Below the pieces are notes generated by a model. That model saw only the letters and a program-made list of their open reading frames with translations. It had not been told where the DNA came from and made no database searches. Positions 1 through 13,519 of a DNA stretch of 35,079 bases are shown in pieces. The stretch is from contig CACXFJ010000118.1 in NCBI GenBank assembly GCA_902766965.1, forward strand, positions 1 to 35,079. Direction: 5' to 3'. Positions within the stretch are counted from its first letter, which is position 1; every line of letters begins with the position of its first letter. The position numbers and the translations under genes are program-made. This DNA is from an uncultured Eubacteriales bacterium. Its GTDB lineage: Bacteria > Bacillota > Clostridia > Christensenellales > DTU072.

Positions 1-75
1 GCGGTAAATTCGCTCGGCGTAAGCCGAAATTCGTTTAACACCCGTTAGGGCAATTCACGCCCATAGGGCAATTAT

Positions 76-102
76 CCCGCTTCGCGTCGGCGGGCTGTTT
101 TT
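76..102 (+). terminator. Possible intrinsic terminator of an upstream transcript
   Basis: CCCGC(76-80)/GCGGG(90-94) stem followed by CTGTTTTT; short stem, imperfect U-tract. Confidence 0.35.
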
Positions 103-105
103 CTC

Positions 106-134
106 TTGTAAATTACTTGTTTAAGTGTTACAAT
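106..134 (+). promoter_or_regulatory. Sigma-A-type promoter (extended -10), probably giving a leaderless mRNA
   Basis: TTGTAA(106-111)-17 bp-TACAAT(129-134) with TG at 126-127; ATG 142 lies 7 nt after the -10; no SD. Confidence 0.65.
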
Positions 135-141
135 AATAAAT

Positions 142-1953
142 ATGAAAAGACGGTTTTTACTAATTACTATCGTTTTACTTTGTTTACTCGCCGCGGTTCT
201 TACCGGGTGCGGGAAGAAGAAAGAAAACGCATATTTCGTTAATTTTGCGTCGCAGGGGCAGTTCGCCAAAGCGGAGCAGACTCTTCTTGTGGACTCGCCC
301 GACACGTCTATTTATTCCTACGACGTAGAAAACGACCTTTTTATTACGATACAGCCCGTCGTCAACGATTACTCTTCGTCGGGGTATTCGTACCTTTACG
401 GTATAGCTTCGCCCACGGAGGGGGTGCTGGCAAAGCCTACTTACAATTCCGTCATTTCAATAAGGGGCGATTACGCGATAGTGACTAAACCCGCCGTCGT
501 CGATAACGGCAACGGAACCACTTCTTACGCTCCCACGATAGGGGTTGTTAAGTTCCGCGGAGAAAACAAGGGCGACCTTACCGACTTTATGACGGTTTAT
601 AATTCGGGGTTTAATCAATTCTTTTTCGCGGGGGATTACGTCGCTTGTCCCGGGACGAAAACATATCCTTTCAGCACGGCTACGTTTACTACGTTTTACG
701 ATTATAAGACCGCGGGACAGATGTTGGAAGTGTTTAAGATAAGGTGCGGTTACAATTATACGATTTCCATATACGACGACTATCTCGTAGCCGAGAACAA
801 GGACCACGCCTTTTTCTATAACGTGAACGACATACAGACAGACGGGTATCTTACTTACGACGAAAGGGGTACCTATATCGCATATCCCGAAGATACCGAC
901 TCGCAATATACCGACAATATTCAGATGAATATTTATTATATCGGCAACGGCTGGTTCACCCGCACGGCTCGTCTTAAATCTACTCAAAAATTCGACGGAT
1001 ACAATATAGAATACGAAGAAACCGATTTAGCCAACGGCTCGACTACCGTATACTACGCCAATATCCGTTGCGATATGTACAACGCGAAAAATAAAACCAC
1101 GACGGACAGGGAATGGCTTATTGTCGACAACGTGGCTAATTCCTATTACGTAAACTACTACGCGCAGTTAAGTTCTTACTTAAACAATTTAGCTACTTTT
1201 GACGAAAGCACGGGTATTTACGATTACGTTCTTCCTTATATGGACGTGTCGGCTATGATAAAGAAGGGTTACAGCATAGTTTATTATTACTATTTTCCGT
1301 ATGCGGACAGCGGCAGCAAGCAGAGTGAAGTCACGTTCTGTATCATGGACGAGAACGCCAACATTATTACTGTAAAGGATATGCTTATGCCGAGCGTGTT
1401 TGTGGACGGAGTGGGTACGGAAACGAGCGACCCTATGTACGAACAGTATTTCGGGAGCGTGCATTATTTTACTAAAAACCTTGAAAAACGCGAACAGATT
1501 GCTTTGCAAGAGAGGAAAAATACTTACTCCACGCATATTTATAACGGAATCGGCGTAGTCGCGGGCAAAATCGACTATTCGAGCAAGGAAATAAAGTACG
1601 GAATAGTAAGTACCGACGGAAAGATTATAGTTCCGTTCGAATACGACGAACTTTCTCCTTTCTACGGTGATTACGCCGTGGGCAGTAAAAAAGCAAACGG
1701 CAAAAAGAGATACAGAATATCGACCGACGGAACAGCCGTAGAAATTACCGACGCCGTAAACGTCCGTCAGGGGGTATACGTCTACGAACACTACGGAAAG
1801 TTGGGACTTAAAAACTACGCCGGGGATATTTTACTTAACGCGGAATACGAAAAACTCGACGTTTACGACGTATTCCTTACCGGCGGTAAGTTTCAGAGCG
1901 GATACGTCATTGCGGTAAAAAGCAAAGTTAATTATATATTTACCATATCATAA
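142..1953 (+). CDS. Tyr-rich lipoprotein with WG-repeat-like segments, function unknown
   Basis: 603 aa; basic N-terminus, hydrophobic stretch and lipobox LTGC; C-terminal KYGIVSTDGKIIVPFEYDEL and GKLGLKNYAGDILLNAEYEKL resemble WG beta repeats. Confidence 0.7.
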   Translation: MKRRFLLITIVLLCLLAAVLTGCGKKKENAYFVNFASQGQFAKAEQTLLVDSPDTSIYSYDVENDLFITIQPVVNDYSSSGYSYLYGIASPTEGVLAKPTYNSVISIRGDYAIVTKPAVVDNGNGTTSYAPTIGVVKFRGENKGDLTDFMTVYNSGFNQFFFAGDYVACPGTKTYPFSTATFTTFYDYKTAGQMLEVFKIRCGYNYTISIYDDYLVAENKDHAFFYNVNDIQTDGYLTYDERGTYIAYPEDTDSQYTDNIQMNIYYIGNGWFTRTARLKSTQKFDGYNIEYEETDLANGSTTVYYANIRCDMYNAKNKTTTDREWLIVDNVANSYYVNYYAQLSSYLNNLATFDESTGIYDYVLPYMDVSAMIKKGYSIVYYYYFPYADSGSKQSEVTFCIMDENANIITVKDMLMPSVFVDGVGTETSDPMYEQYFGSVHYFTKNLEKREQIALQERKNTYSTHIYNGIGVVAGKIDYSSKEIKYGIVSTDGKIIVPFEYDELSPFYGDYAVGSKKANGKKRYRISTDGTAVEITDAVNVRQGVYVYEHYGKLGLKNYAGDILLNAEYEKLDVYDVFLTGGKFQSGYVIAVKSKVNYIFTIS

Positions 1954-1965
1954 GAAGGATTTACT

Positions 1966-2949
1966 ATGTACGACACGATAATGGGCGGAGAAGAGCTTAT
2001 AGAAAGGGGAGCGGAACTTATACGACAGGGGGAAGTAGTCGCGTTCCCGACGGAAACGGTTTACGGTTTAGGAGGCAACGCTCTCGACAAGAACGCTATT
2101 AACAAAATTTACGAAGCGAAAAATCGTCCCAAAGACAATCCTTTTATAGTTCACGTCACCGATTTAGAACAAGCCGACAGAGCGGCGGTTATGACCAAGG
2201 AAGCGGAAGGGTTGTTTAACGTGTTCGCCCCCGGACCCATAACCATAGTTTTGCAAAAAAGAGACTGTATTCCTTACGAAGCTACGGCAGGACTCGACAC
2301 CGTGGGGATAAGAATGCCGTCGCACCCTTTATGCCGTAAGTTTTTGGCGGCGTGTAAAGTACCCGTGGCGGCTCCGAGCGCAAACGCGTCGAAAAGGATA
2401 AGTCCGACGAGAGCGGAATACGTCTACGACGATATGAAAGGGCGTATTCCCATGATAATAGACGGCGGAGAATGCGAAGTCGGGATAGAAAGTACCGTTA
2501 TTACTCTCGCTACCGAAATTCCCACTATCCTGCGACCCGGTATAATAACGGCGGAAAAACTTACTAATTACCTGCCCGCGGTCAAAACGCATAAAGGCGA
2601 AGTTCTCGTAGCCCCCGCTCCGGGAATGAAATACAAACACTACGCCCCGGTAGTTCCTTGTTATCTTTTCGACGACAAGGATAAGGTCAAAAACTTTTAT
2701 CGACAAGGAATAGCCGAGGGGAAAAAGACCGCGGTAATAGTAAGGAGCGGAACGGAAAGAGAATACGGCGACGTCCCCGTTTTGCCGGTAGGTTATAACG
2801 GCGTGGAGATAGCTCATAATATATTCGACTTTTTGAGGATATGCGAAAAGACTTACGACGCGATTCTTATAGAAAAGTTTTCCGACGAAGGGGAAGAAGG
2901 GGCGGTAATGAACAGAATTTACAAAAGCTGCGAAGGAAAAATTCTGTAA
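1966..2949 (+). CDS. sua5: L-threonylcarbamoyladenylate synthase (Sua5/YwlC, YrdC + SUA5 domains)
   Basis: VAFPTETVYGLG, KNRPKDNP, APSAN, PGMKYKHYAP motifs. Confidence 0.95.
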   Translation: MYDTIMGGEELIERGAELIRQGEVVAFPTETVYGLGGNALDKNAINKIYEAKNRPKDNPFIVHVTDLEQADRAAVMTKEAEGLFNVFAPGPITIVLQKRDCIPYEATAGLDTVGIRMPSHPLCRKFLAACKVPVAAPSANASKRISPTRAEYVYDDMKGRIPMIIDGGECEVGIESTVITLATEIPTILRPGIITAEKLTNYLPAVKTHKGEVLVAPAPGMKYKHYAPVVPCYLFDDKDKVKNFYRQGIAEGKKTAVIVRSGTEREYGDVPVLPVGYNGVEIAHNIFDFLRICEKTYDAILIEKFSDEGEEGAVMNRIYKSCEGKIL

Positions 2950-2985
2950 ATAAAAAAATAAAATCCCGTATATCGGTTACTTTGC

Positions 2986-3014
2986 TTGTAAAGAAAATCG
3001 GGATATGTTAGAAT
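2986..3014 (+). promoter_or_regulatory. Sigma-A-type promoter upstream of rpiB
   Basis: TTGTAA(2986-2991)-17 bp-TAGAAT(3009-3014) with TG extension at 3006-3007; SD GGAGG before ATG 3048. Confidence 0.6.
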
Positions 3015-3047
3015 AGAAAAGATAAAAACCGTACTACGGAGGCAAAA

Positions 3048-3494
3048 ATGATTATAGCCATAGGTTGCGACCACGGTGGAATCGTATTGAAAGAAGCGTG
3101 TATAAGAGCCGTTAACGATTACGGCGCGAAAGTAATCGATTTGGGGACGTATAGTTCCGAATCGGTAGATTATCCCGATTATGCCCTTAAGGTAGCTCTT
3201 GCAGTTAAAAGCGGAGAAGCCGATAAGGGTATTTTATTATGCGGAACGGGTATAGGTATATCCATAGCGGCGAACAAAGTCAAAGGTATCCGTTGCGCCC
3301 ACGTGACGAACCCTTTCTGCGCGCAGATGGCGGCGGAACACAATAACGCCAATATCATCGCCATGGGCGGGAGGATTTCCACTCCCGAAGAAGCCTACGA
3401 AATGGTGACGGCTTACCTTAACGCGAAGTTTGCGGGCGGGAGACATGCAAAACGCGTGGACAAAATCACCGCGATAGAAGAAGGGAATTATTAA
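3048..3494 (+). CDS. rpiB: Ribose-5-phosphate isomerase B
   Basis: IGCDHGG, SVDYPDY, CGTGIGISIAANK, HNNAN, FAGGRHAKRV motifs. Confidence 0.96.
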   Translation: MIIAIGCDHGGIVLKEACIRAVNDYGAKVIDLGTYSSESVDYPDYALKVALAVKSGEADKGILLCGTGIGISIAANKVKGIRCAHVTNPFCAQMAAEHNNANIIAMGGRISTPEEAYEMVTAYLNAKFAGGRHAKRVDKITAIEEGNY

Positions 3495-3524
3495 GAGTAA
3501 ATTAAACAAAAGGAGTAAAATAAA

Positions 3525-4151
3525 ATGCAAGTTAACATTATTAACCATCCGTTGATTACACATAAGGTATCCATGATGAGAGACGTTCATACCACTTCCA
3601 AGGACTTTCGCCAGTTGCTGAAAGAAATATCCTTATTGATGGCGTACGAAGTCACTCGCGACCTTCCCTTAAAGGACGTCGAGATAGAAACTCCCATTAC
3701 GAAATGTACCGGAAAGATGCTCGGCGGAAGAAGCATAGGAATAGTACCCATTTTAAGAGCCGGTCTCGGAATGGTGGACGGCGTGTTGGAACTCGTCCCC
3801 GCCGCAAAGATAGGACATATAGGTTGCTATCGCGACCCCGATACCAAACAGCCCGTTGAATATTACTGCAAACTTCCCGTAGACGTCGACCAGAGAACGG
3901 TTATCGTAGTTGACCCGATGCTCGCTACCGGCGGAAGCGCGTCCATGGCAATAGACTTTATCAAACAAAGAGGAGTCACCGACATTAAGTTTATGTGTCT
4001 TATCGCCGCACCCGAAGGCGTAGCCGCTCTCAACAAAGCTCATCCCGACGTGCCTATTTATACCGCGGCGCTCGACGAAAAACTGAACGAACACGCCTAT
4101 ATCGTTCCCGGTCTCGGAGACGCAGGCGACAGATTGTTCGGAACGAAATAA
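3525..4151 (+). CDS. upp: Uracil phosphoribosyltransferase
   Basis: [12 protein letters not shown] motif [12 protein letters not shown]-terminal [17 protein letters not shown]. Confidence 0.98.
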   Translation: MQVNIINHPLITHKVSMMRDVHTTSKDFRQLLKEISLLMAYEVTRDLPLKDVEIETPITKCTGKMLGGRSIGIVPILRAGLGMVDGVLELVPAAKIGHIGCYRDPDTKQPVEYYCKLPVDVDQRTVIVVDPMLATGGSASMAIDFIKQRGVTDIKFMCLIAAPEGVAALNKAHPDVPIYTAALDEKLNEHAYIVPGLGDAGDRLFGTK

Positions 4152-4200
4152 CGAAAAAAGACCGATAACGATTTATTTTACGAAAAGCGAAGGAGAATCG

Positions 4201-4507
4201 ATGATTACCGAAACCGTAAATGCCGTATTAAAGGCGGAAGAAGAAGCGAGAGTTATTACGTCGCAGGCGTCGGAAGAAGCTAAAAAGATAGTGGAAGACG
4301 CCGACGTTTACGCGGAAAAACTGCGTAAAGACGCGGTAAAGAACGTTAAAGAAGAACGGAAGTCGGTAGCGGAAGCCGCCGAAAAGGAAGGCGAGGAAGA
4401 GTACGACAAGATTCTCCTTGCCGGAAAACAGATTACGGAAAAATTGGCAAAGGAAGCCGACGTCTATTCGGCAGCCGATTTTATAAGAGGAAAGGTTTTA
4501 GATAGCT

Positions 4508-4521
<14 letters not shown>
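4201..4521 (+). CDS. V/A-type ATPase peripheral stalk subunit G/H (NtpF-like)
   Basis: 106 aa E/K/A-rich coiled coil; first gene of the operon, overlapping subunit I; SD AAGGAG. Confidence 0.8.
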
Positions 4522-7017
<2,496 letters not shown>

Positions 7018-7038
7018 AAAACGTAACCGAGGAAAGGT

Positions 7039-7614
7039 ATGAACGGAAAAGAAGCGATTATCGAAAAGATATTGTCCGACGCGAGAGGAATAGCCAATTC
7101 CACTTTGGAAGAAGCCGGCGCGTTCGGTAAACAAACCATAGAGACTGCCGAAAACGACGTCCGCATTTATCGCGAAAAGAATATGCGGGAATCCTACGAT
7201 GAACGCAAAGAGATTATCCGCAGAAAGATGACCGTCGCAAATCTCGAAGTCAAGAAAGAAATTCTTGCGAAAAAACAAGAGATGATGACGGCGGCTTTCG
7301 ACGAAGCGATAAAACTTATCAAAGACGACGGAAAAAGTTATCTCGATTTGTTGAGAGGAATGATAGAGAAGGCTTCCGACGGCGATAAAGTGGTTTTTTC
7401 CGAACGCGATAAGAATTTAGTCGGCGAGAAGTGGCTTGCCGGCGTAGCCGACGACTTGAATAAGAAGTTGGTTTTCGGCGGATACGGCGATTTTTGCGGC
7501 GGAATCATAGTCGAGAGCGACGGAAGCGATAAGAATATGTCGCTCGAAGTGGAACTCAAATCGGTAAGAGAAGAGTACGAACCCGAAATAGCGGCTATTT
7601 TATTCGGAGAATAG
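7039..7614 (+). CDS. ntpE: V/A-type ATP synthase subunit E
   Basis: N-terminal coiled coil, GGIIV, C-terminal IAAILF; operon position. Confidence 0.9.
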   Translation: MNGKEAIIEKILSDARGIANSTLEEAGAFGKQTIETAENDVRIYREKNMRESYDERKEIIRRKMTVANLEVKKEILAKKQEMMTAAFDEAIKLIKDDGKSYLDLLRGMIEKASDGDKVVFSERDKNLVGEKWLAGVADDLNKKLVFGGYGDFCGGIIVESDGSDKNMSLEVELKSVREEYEPEIAAILFGE

Positions 7615-8592
7615 ATGAAAGACGGACTTATATTCGCGAATGCGAGAGCGAAAGGCAAGGAGGGCAATTTACTGTCCAAAGAAAGACTTATGCGTATGAC
7701 GGAAGCAAAAAACCTTTCCGACGCTATGCGTATTCTGTTGGAAGTAAACTATGCCGCAGGGTTTATCCCCGAAAAAGAAGATTTTTATTCCCTGCTCGAA
7801 GAGGAGGAGCGTTTGACCGCGGCTTTCGTGAGAGAAGCTGCCCCTAAAGAATCGGGAATAGAATGTTACTTTTTAAGGAACGATTATCATAACCTTAAAG
7901 TCCTTTTCAAGCAAAAGTACGCGAATTTAATCGATATAGACAGCCTCGTTTTGCCCGACGGCAATTATACTTTCGGGTACCTTAAAGAAAGGTTCGACCA
8001 AAACAAAACAGATTTCAGTCCGTACGTCGAAAAGGCTTGCGAACAAATAAACAAAGCGTTTGAAGTAGGCAACGGAACTCCGAGGCTTATCGACGTGGTT
8101 TTGGACAAGGCTCTGTACGACGATATAAATTCCCGTCTCGGGAAAAACGCCGATAAATACATCAAGCAGTATTTCCGTGCGAACGCCGATTTGACTAACG
8201 TATTGAGTTATCTCCGCGCCGAAAAGATAGGAGCCGGCGGAAACTTTTTTGCCGAAGGCTTTATAGAGGGCGGAAACATTACCGAAAAGGAGTTTCTTGG
8301 TTTTTCGGGAGATAAAAACAAGTTAAGCAATTACCTTGCGGGAAGTTATCTTAAAGAATTCGCCGACAAAGTATCGAGCGACGACTTCGCCGCGTACGAA
8401 ACGGCGCAGGACGAGTATTTGTTGAAAATATTTTCCGTGAACAAAACCGATATGTTTTCGGTGGCTCCGATTTTAGGGTATTATCTTGCGAAGCTGAACG
8501 AAATAAAGGTAATAAGGGTGGTTCTCGTTTGCATAAAGAACGGCGTGCCCGAAGACCAGATGAAAAAGAGAGTGAGGGAGTTGTATGCGTAG
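7615..8592 (+). CDS. ntpC: V/A-type ATP synthase subunit C (d)
   Basis: ANAR..LL, DYHNLK, DLTN, GYYLAKLNEIKVIR; operon position. Confidence 0.9.
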   Translation: MKDGLIFANARAKGKEGNLLSKERLMRMTEAKNLSDAMRILLEVNYAAGFIPEKEDFYSLLEEEERLTAAFVREAAPKESGIECYFLRNDYHNLKVLFKQKYANLIDIDSLVLPDGNYTFGYLKERFDQNKTDFSPYVEKACEQINKAFEVGNGTPRLIDVVLDKALYDDINSRLGKNADKYIKQYFRANADLTNVLSYLRAEKIGAGGNFFAEGFIEGGNITEKEFLGFSGDKNKLSNYLAGSYLKEFADKVSSDDFAAYETAQDEYLLKIFSVNKTDMFSVAPILGYYLAKLNEIKVIRVVLVCIKNGVPEDQMKKRVRELYA

Positions 8593-8905
8593 GGGAAACA
8601 TAGCCGTAATAGGCGACAAGGACAGCATACTCGCGTTCAAGGCGGTGGGCGTTGACGTCTATCCCGTCAGAAACGAATTCGATTGTGCCGACACGTTAAA
8701 AAAACTCGCCCGTACTTACGCCGTGATTTTCATCACGGAAGACATCGCGGAAAAAATCCCCGATTTGTTAAAGCGATACAAAACCCGCCCCTATCCCGCG
8801 GTCATACCCATACCGGGAGCGCAGGGCAGTACGGGACTCGGAATGAAAGGAATATCCGACGACGTGGAAAAGGCGATAGGCACGGATATTTTAAGCGATA
8901 AATAG
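8585..8905 (+). CDS. ntpG: V/A-type ATP synthase subunit F
   Basis: IAVIGDKDSILAF, YAVIFITE, PAVIPIP, VEKAIG (E. hirae name NtpG). Confidence 0.92.
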   Translation: MRRGNIAVIGDKDSILAFKAVGVDVYPVRNEFDCADTLKKLARTYAVIFITEDIAEKIPDLLKRYKTRPYPAVIPIPGAQGSTGLGMKGISDDVEKAIGTDILSDK

Positions 8906-8926
8906 TTTTTCTTAAAGGAGAAATAG

Positions 8927-10678
8927 ATGGAAAAGGGAAAAGTAATCAAGGTAAGCGGACCGCTTATTGTGGCGGGCGGAATGTCCGAAGCTAAGCTGTT
9001 CGACGTGGTCAAAGTATCCTCGTCGCACCTTATCGGCGAAATCATAGAACTTAGGGGCGACAAGGCGTCTATACAGGTCTATGAAGAAACGGGCGGAATA
9101 GGACCGGGGGACGAAGTGTTCTCCACCGAAATGCCCCTTAGCGTGGAGTTGGGGCCCGGACTTATCGAATCCATATTCGACGGTATCCAGAGACCTCTTA
9201 ACAAACTTTGGGAAAAGAGCGGCGACCGTATAGGACGCGGCGTTGAAGTAAACGCTCTCGACCACGGCAAAGTATGGCGTTTTTACCCCACTGCGAAAGT
9301 AGGCGATACTCTTATTCCCGGCGACGAAATAGGTTACGTTATGGAAAACGAACTTATACGTCACAGCATAATGGTTCCGTCGGGCAAAAAAGGCGTGGTG
9401 GAAAGCGTAGAAGACGGCGAATTCACGTTGGACGACGTGATAGCCACGTTGGACGATAACGGAATTAAGCATAACTTAACGATGGTTCAGAAATGTTCCG
9501 TCCGTAAAGGCAGACCGTACAGAGAAAAACTTTCTCCGAGTATGCCTATGGTCACCGGTCAGAGAGTAATAGATACCTTTTTCCCGATTACGAAAGGCGG
9601 CGTGGCGGCCGTTCCCGGTCCGTTTGGCAGCGGCAAGACGGTAGTTCAGCACCAGCTTGCAAAATGGGCGGACGCCGACATTATTATTTACGTCGGTTGC
9701 GGCGAAAGAGGCAACGAAATGACCGACGTTCTTAACGAATTCCCCGAGCTTATCGACCCGAAGACGGGAGAACCTCTTATGAGAAGAACCGTCCTTATAG
9801 CAAACACTTCCGATATGCCGGTTGCGGCGCGTGAAGCAAGCATATACACGGGTATCACGATAGCGGAATATTTCAGAGATATGGGATATAACGTAGCCAT
9901 AATGGCGGACTCCACTTCCCGTTGGGCGGAGGCGTTGCGTGAAATGAGCGGACGACTCGAAGAAATGCCCGGCGAAGAAGGATATCCCGCGTATCTGTCG
10001 AGCCGACTTGCCGAATTTTACGAAAGAGCGGGTATAGTCAAGGTACTCGGAAGCAAAGGCAAGACGGGCAGCGTCACCGCGATAGGAGCGGTAAGTCCTC
10101 CAGGAGGAGACCTTTCCGAACCGGTAAGCCAGGCTACCTTGCGTATAGTAAAGGTATTCTGGGGATTGAGCGCGTCGCTTGCGTACAAACGTCACTTCCC
10201 CGCTATAGACTGGTTGCAGAGTTATTCCCTGTACGCCGACAGATTAGCTCCGTGGTACAACGATAATATAGGAAGCGAATGGAACGTTTTACGCGGTAAG
10301 GCTATGACGGTGTTGCAGGAAGAAGCGTCTTTGGACGAAATAGTAAGGCTCGTCGGTATGGACGCTTTGGGGGCGAAAGACAGACTTACTATGGAAACAG
10401 CCAAGACCATAAGAGAAGACTATCTCCATCAGAACGCTTTCCACGAAGTGGATACCTACGCTTCGCTCGAAAAGCAGTTACGGATGTTGCGTCTTATAAT
10501 AAACTTCTACGAATTAGGGCAGGACGCCTTACTCAAAAACGTGGATATAGAAGACCTTATCGAAATCCCCGTAAGAGAGAAGATAGGCAGAGCCAAATAT
10601 ATAGAAGAAAGCGATATGGCTCGTTTCGACGAAATAGAAAAAGAATTAAAATCCGAAATACAGGAATTGATAGGATAG
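8927..10678 (+). CDS. ntpA: V/A-type ATP synthase catalytic subunit A
   Basis: P-loop [41 protein letters not shown]; no intein. Confidence 0.98.
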   Translation: MEKGKVIKVSGPLIVAGGMSEAKLFDVVKVSSSHLIGEIIELRGDKASIQVYEETGGIGPGDEVFSTEMPLSVELGPGLIESIFDGIQRPLNKLWEKSGDRIGRGVEVNALDHGKVWRFYPTAKVGDTLIPGDEIGYVMENELIRHSIMVPSGKKGVVESVEDGEFTLDDVIATLDDNGIKHNLTMVQKCSVRKGRPYREKLSPSMPMVTGQRVIDTFFPITKGGVAAVPGPFGSGKTVVQHQLAKWADADIIIYVGCGERGNEMTDVLNEFPELIDPKTGEPLMRRTVLIANTSDMPVAAREASIYTGITIAEYFRDMGYNVAIMADSTSRWAEALREMSGRLEEMPGEEGYPAYLSSRLAEFYERAGIVKVLGSKGKTGSVTAIGAVSPPGGDLSEPVSQATLRIVKVFWGLSASLAYKRHFPAIDWLQSYSLYADRLAPWYNDNIGSEWNVLRGKAMTVLQEEASLDEIVRLVGMDALGAKDRLTMETAKTIREDYLHQNAFHEVDTYASLEKQLRMLRLIINFYELGQDALLKNVDIEDLIEIPVREKIGRAKYIEESDMARFDEIEKELKSEIQELIG

Positions 10679-10688
10679 GAGGTACGGA

Positions 10689-12062
10689 ATGTTAAAGGAG
10701 TATAAGACCATAAAAGAAGTAGTCGGACCTCTTATGCTCGTCGAGGGCGTCGAAGGAGCAAAATACGACGAACTCGTCGAAATAGAACAGGAAGACGGAG
10801 AAAAGAGAAACGGCAAAGTCCTCGAAGTCAACGGCGACAAGGCGCTCGTTCAGCTTTTCGAAGGTTCTTCTGGAATTAAAATCTCCACCGCGAAAGCGAG
10901 ATTTTTGGGGAAGAGTATAGAGCTCGGCGTAAGCGAAGATATGCTCGGAAGAGTATTCGACGGTATGGGCAGACCGAGAGACAACGGCGCGCCCATTATC
11001 CCCGATAAGAGAATAGACATTAACGGACAACCTATAAACCCCGTCGCCCGTAACTATCCCGACGAATTCATTCAGACCGGGATATCGGCTATTGACGGAC
11101 TTAATACCCTTGTCAGAGGGCAGAAACTTCCCGTGTTCAGCGCGTCCGGACTTCCCCATGCGGAACTCGCCGCCCAGATAGCGAGACAGGCGAAAGTTCT
11201 TAACAGCGACAGTAAGTTCGCCGTAGTGTTCGCCGCTATCGGTATCACCTTCGAAGAAGCCGATTACTTTATATCCGACTTCCGTAAGACGGGAGCTATC
11301 GACAGAACGGTACTTTTTATGAACCTTGCCAACGACCCCGCGATAGAACGTATCGCTACGCCCCGTATGGCTCTTACCGCCGCCGAATATCTCGCGTTCG
11401 AAAAGGATATGCACGTCCTCGTAATCATGACAGATATAACCAACTATTGCGAAGCGTTGCGTGAAGTCAGCGCGGCAAGAAAAGAAGTTCCCGGAAGAAG
11501 AGGTTACCCCGGGTATCTGTACACCAACCTCGCTACAATCTACGAAAGAGCGGGCAGAATAAGGGGCAAAAAGGGCAGTATCACGCAGATACCTATCCTT
11601 ACCATGCCCGAAGACGATAAGACGCACCCTATCCCCGACCTTACGGGATACATTACCGAAGGACAGATTATTCTTAATCGAGAACTCAACAAGAGGGGAA
11701 TAAATCCGCCTATCGACGTTCTTCCGTCGCTGTCCCGTCTTAAAGATAAAGGTATCGGAGCGGGCAAGACGAGAAAGGACCACGCCGACACGATGAATCA
11801 GCTTTTCAGCGCCTACGCAAGAGGAAAAGAAGCGAAAGAGCTTTCCGCAATCTTAGGCGAAGCAGCCCTTACCGAAACCGACAGGAAGTTTGCTCACTTT
11901 GCCGAAGAGTTTGAAAAACTGTATATCAATCAAGGTTTTGACTGTAACAGAACGATAGAAGAAACTCTTGATTTGGGATGGAGTTTGTTAAGACTTCTTC
12001 CGAGAGGGGAGTTGAAACGTATAAGAGACGCTTATCTCGAAGAATATTACGATAGGAAGTAA
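10689..12062 (+). CDS. ntpB: V/A-type ATP synthase subunit B
   Basis: [41 protein letters not shown]. Confidence 0.98.
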   Translation: MLKEYKTIKEVVGPLMLVEGVEGAKYDELVEIEQEDGEKRNGKVLEVNGDKALVQLFEGSSGIKISTAKARFLGKSIELGVSEDMLGRVFDGMGRPRDNGAPIIPDKRIDINGQPINPVARNYPDEFIQTGISAIDGLNTLVRGQKLPVFSASGLPHAELAAQIARQAKVLNSDSKFAVVFAAIGITFEEADYFISDFRKTGAIDRTVLFMNLANDPAIERIATPRMALTAAEYLAFEKDMHVLVIMTDITNYCEALREVSAARKEVPGRRGYPGYLYTNLATIYERAGRIRGKKGSITQIPILTMPEDDKTHPIPDLTGYITEGQIILNRELNKRGINPPIDVLPSLSRLKDKGIGAGKTRKDHADTMNQLFSAYARGKEAKELSAILGEAALTETDRKFAHFAEEFEKLYINQGFDCNRTIEETLDLGWSLLRLLPRGELKRIRDAYLEEYYDRK

Positions 12063-12075
12063 TCGGAGAAAATAA

Positions 12076-12705
12076 ATGGCAAGACTTAACGTAAACCCGA
12101 CCAGAATGGAGCTTCGTCGCTTAAAGACGAGGTTAAAGACGGCGGTCAGGGGACACAAACTTCTTAAAGACAAGGCGGACGAAACCATAAGACAGTTTAT
12201 GGCGTACGTCAAGGAAAACAAACGCCTCAGAGAAGAGATAGAGACGGAACTTTCGCTTGCTCTCCGTTCTTTTATGCTCGCAAGCGCGGTCACCACTTCG
12301 CAGGTACTCGAAGAAGCGGTGGCTATGCCCGCTTTCAGCGTGGAACTTACCACCGCCGAAAAGAACGTCATGGGAGTCACCGTGCCGCAGATTGCGGTCA
12401 AAGCGGGAGATAAAAAGGAGCTTTATCCGTACTCTTTCGCTTCGGTATCGTCGGAACTTGACGGCAGTATCGCGAATCTCAGCGAACTGCTCGAAAAAAT
12501 GGTCAAACTCGCCGAAGTGGAGAAGACCTGCAATATGCTCGCCGACGAGATAGAGAAGAACAGACGAAGAGTAAACGCTCTCGAATACGTCATGATACCG
12601 CAACTCGAAGAAACGATAAAGTATATCACGATGAAACTCGACGAGAACGAGCGTAGCAATACGATAAGGCTAATGAAAGTAAAAACGATGCTCGAAGAAA
12701 GATAA
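12076..12705 (+). CDS. ntpD: V/A-type ATP synthase subunit D
   Basis: PTRMEL, RGHKLLKDK, RRRVNALEYVMIP, LDENER. Confidence 0.97.
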   Translation: MARLNVNPTRMELRRLKTRLKTAVRGHKLLKDKADETIRQFMAYVKENKRLREEIETELSLALRSFMLASAVTTSQVLEEAVAMPAFSVELTTAEKNVMGVTVPQIAVKAGDKKELYPYSFASVSSELDGSIANLSELLEKMVKLAEVEKTCNMLADEIEKNRRRVNALEYVMIPQLEETIKYITMKLDENERSNTIRLMKVKTMLEER

Positions 12706-12729
12706 GGATAAATTATCTTCAAGAGTACT

Positions 12730-12760
12730 CAAAAGCCGCTTGATTTCCAAGCGGCTTTTG
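12730..12760. terminator. Bidirectional intrinsic terminator between the V-ATPase operon and the RluA-family gene
   Basis: CAAAAGCCGCTTG-ATTTC-CAAGCGGCTTTTG, a perfect 13-bp inverted repeat between convergent genes. Confidence 0.85.
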
Positions 12761-12775
12761 ACATAGGTTAGGGTT

Positions 12776-13510
12776 TTAATAAATGTTTTTAATGGATATG
12801 GAAAGGTATCTCGGAATATCGAACTGATTCCACGGTATTCTGTCCGTCGGGGGATAAACTCTGAAAACGTGGGTTTCTTTCGTGACGGGGTGAATAAGTT
12901 TAAGTTCCGTCGCCCAGAGAGCGAGTCCGAATTCCGCAGGAGACTTGCCCTGCCCGTACTTGTTGTCGCCAAATAGCGGATGACCTAACGTAGCCATCTG
13001 CACTCTAATCTGATGCGCTCTTCCCGTGTGAAGTTTTATCCAAAGCAAGCTCGACGTGTGGTCGGTAGCGATGGTAGTGTAGTCGAGCACGGCTTTTTTC
13101 GCTCCTTCCGTAGCCATCGGCACGCTGTACACAATGTTCTTTTCGGTATCCTTAATAAGGTAGTTTGTAAGCCCGACCAAGGATTTTTCGCGAGGTTCGC
13201 CTACGACTACGGCGAGATATTTTTTCTCTAATTCTCCGTTTCGGAGACTTTCCGAAAGGCGTGAAGCGGCTTTGGAGGTTTTCGCAAAGACCATTACTCC
13301 GCCGGTGGGTCTGTCGAGTCTGTGGACGAGTCCTACGAAAGCGTCGCCGGGTTTGTTATACTTTACGATAAGGTATTCTTTCACGACGGTAAGCATATCC
13401 TTGTCGCCCGTTCCGTCGGGGCAGGAAGGTACGTTTATCGGTTTTACCGCCACGATAATATGGTTATCTTCGAATACTACGTTGAGGTCTTCATAAGTAA
13501 ATTGTTTCAT
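12776..13510 (-). CDS. RluA-family RNA pseudouridine synthase (no S4 domain)
   Basis: VHRLDRPTGG catalytic motif, KKYLAVV, TGRAHQIRVQ, HPLFGD. Confidence 0.93.
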   Translation of the reverse strand: MKQFTYEDLNVVFEDNHIIVAVKPINVPSCPDGTGDKDMLTVVKEYLIVKYNKPGDAFVGLVHRLDRPTGGVMVFAKTSKAASRLSESLRNGELEKKYLAVVVGEPREKSLVGLTNYLIKDTEKNIVYSVPMATEGAKKAVLDYTTIATDHTSSLLWIKLHTGRAHQIRVQMATLGHPLFGDNKYGQGKSPAEFGLALWATELKLIHPVTKETHVFRVYPPTDRIPWNQFDIPRYLSISIKNIY

Positions 13511-13519
13511 AATGATTAT

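Noticed and set aside
6-27. 17-bp exact match AAATTCGCTCGGCGTAA to 32087-32103 in the XRE gene
   Set aside because: The second copy is ordinary coding sequence (ITPSEF), with no element boundaries or integrase; plausibly chance.
10692-11783. Long antisense ORFs (also 9476-10195, 18161-19000, 1189-1791 and others)
   Set aside because: Shadows of conserved genes on the opposite strand; no SD or recognisable motifs.
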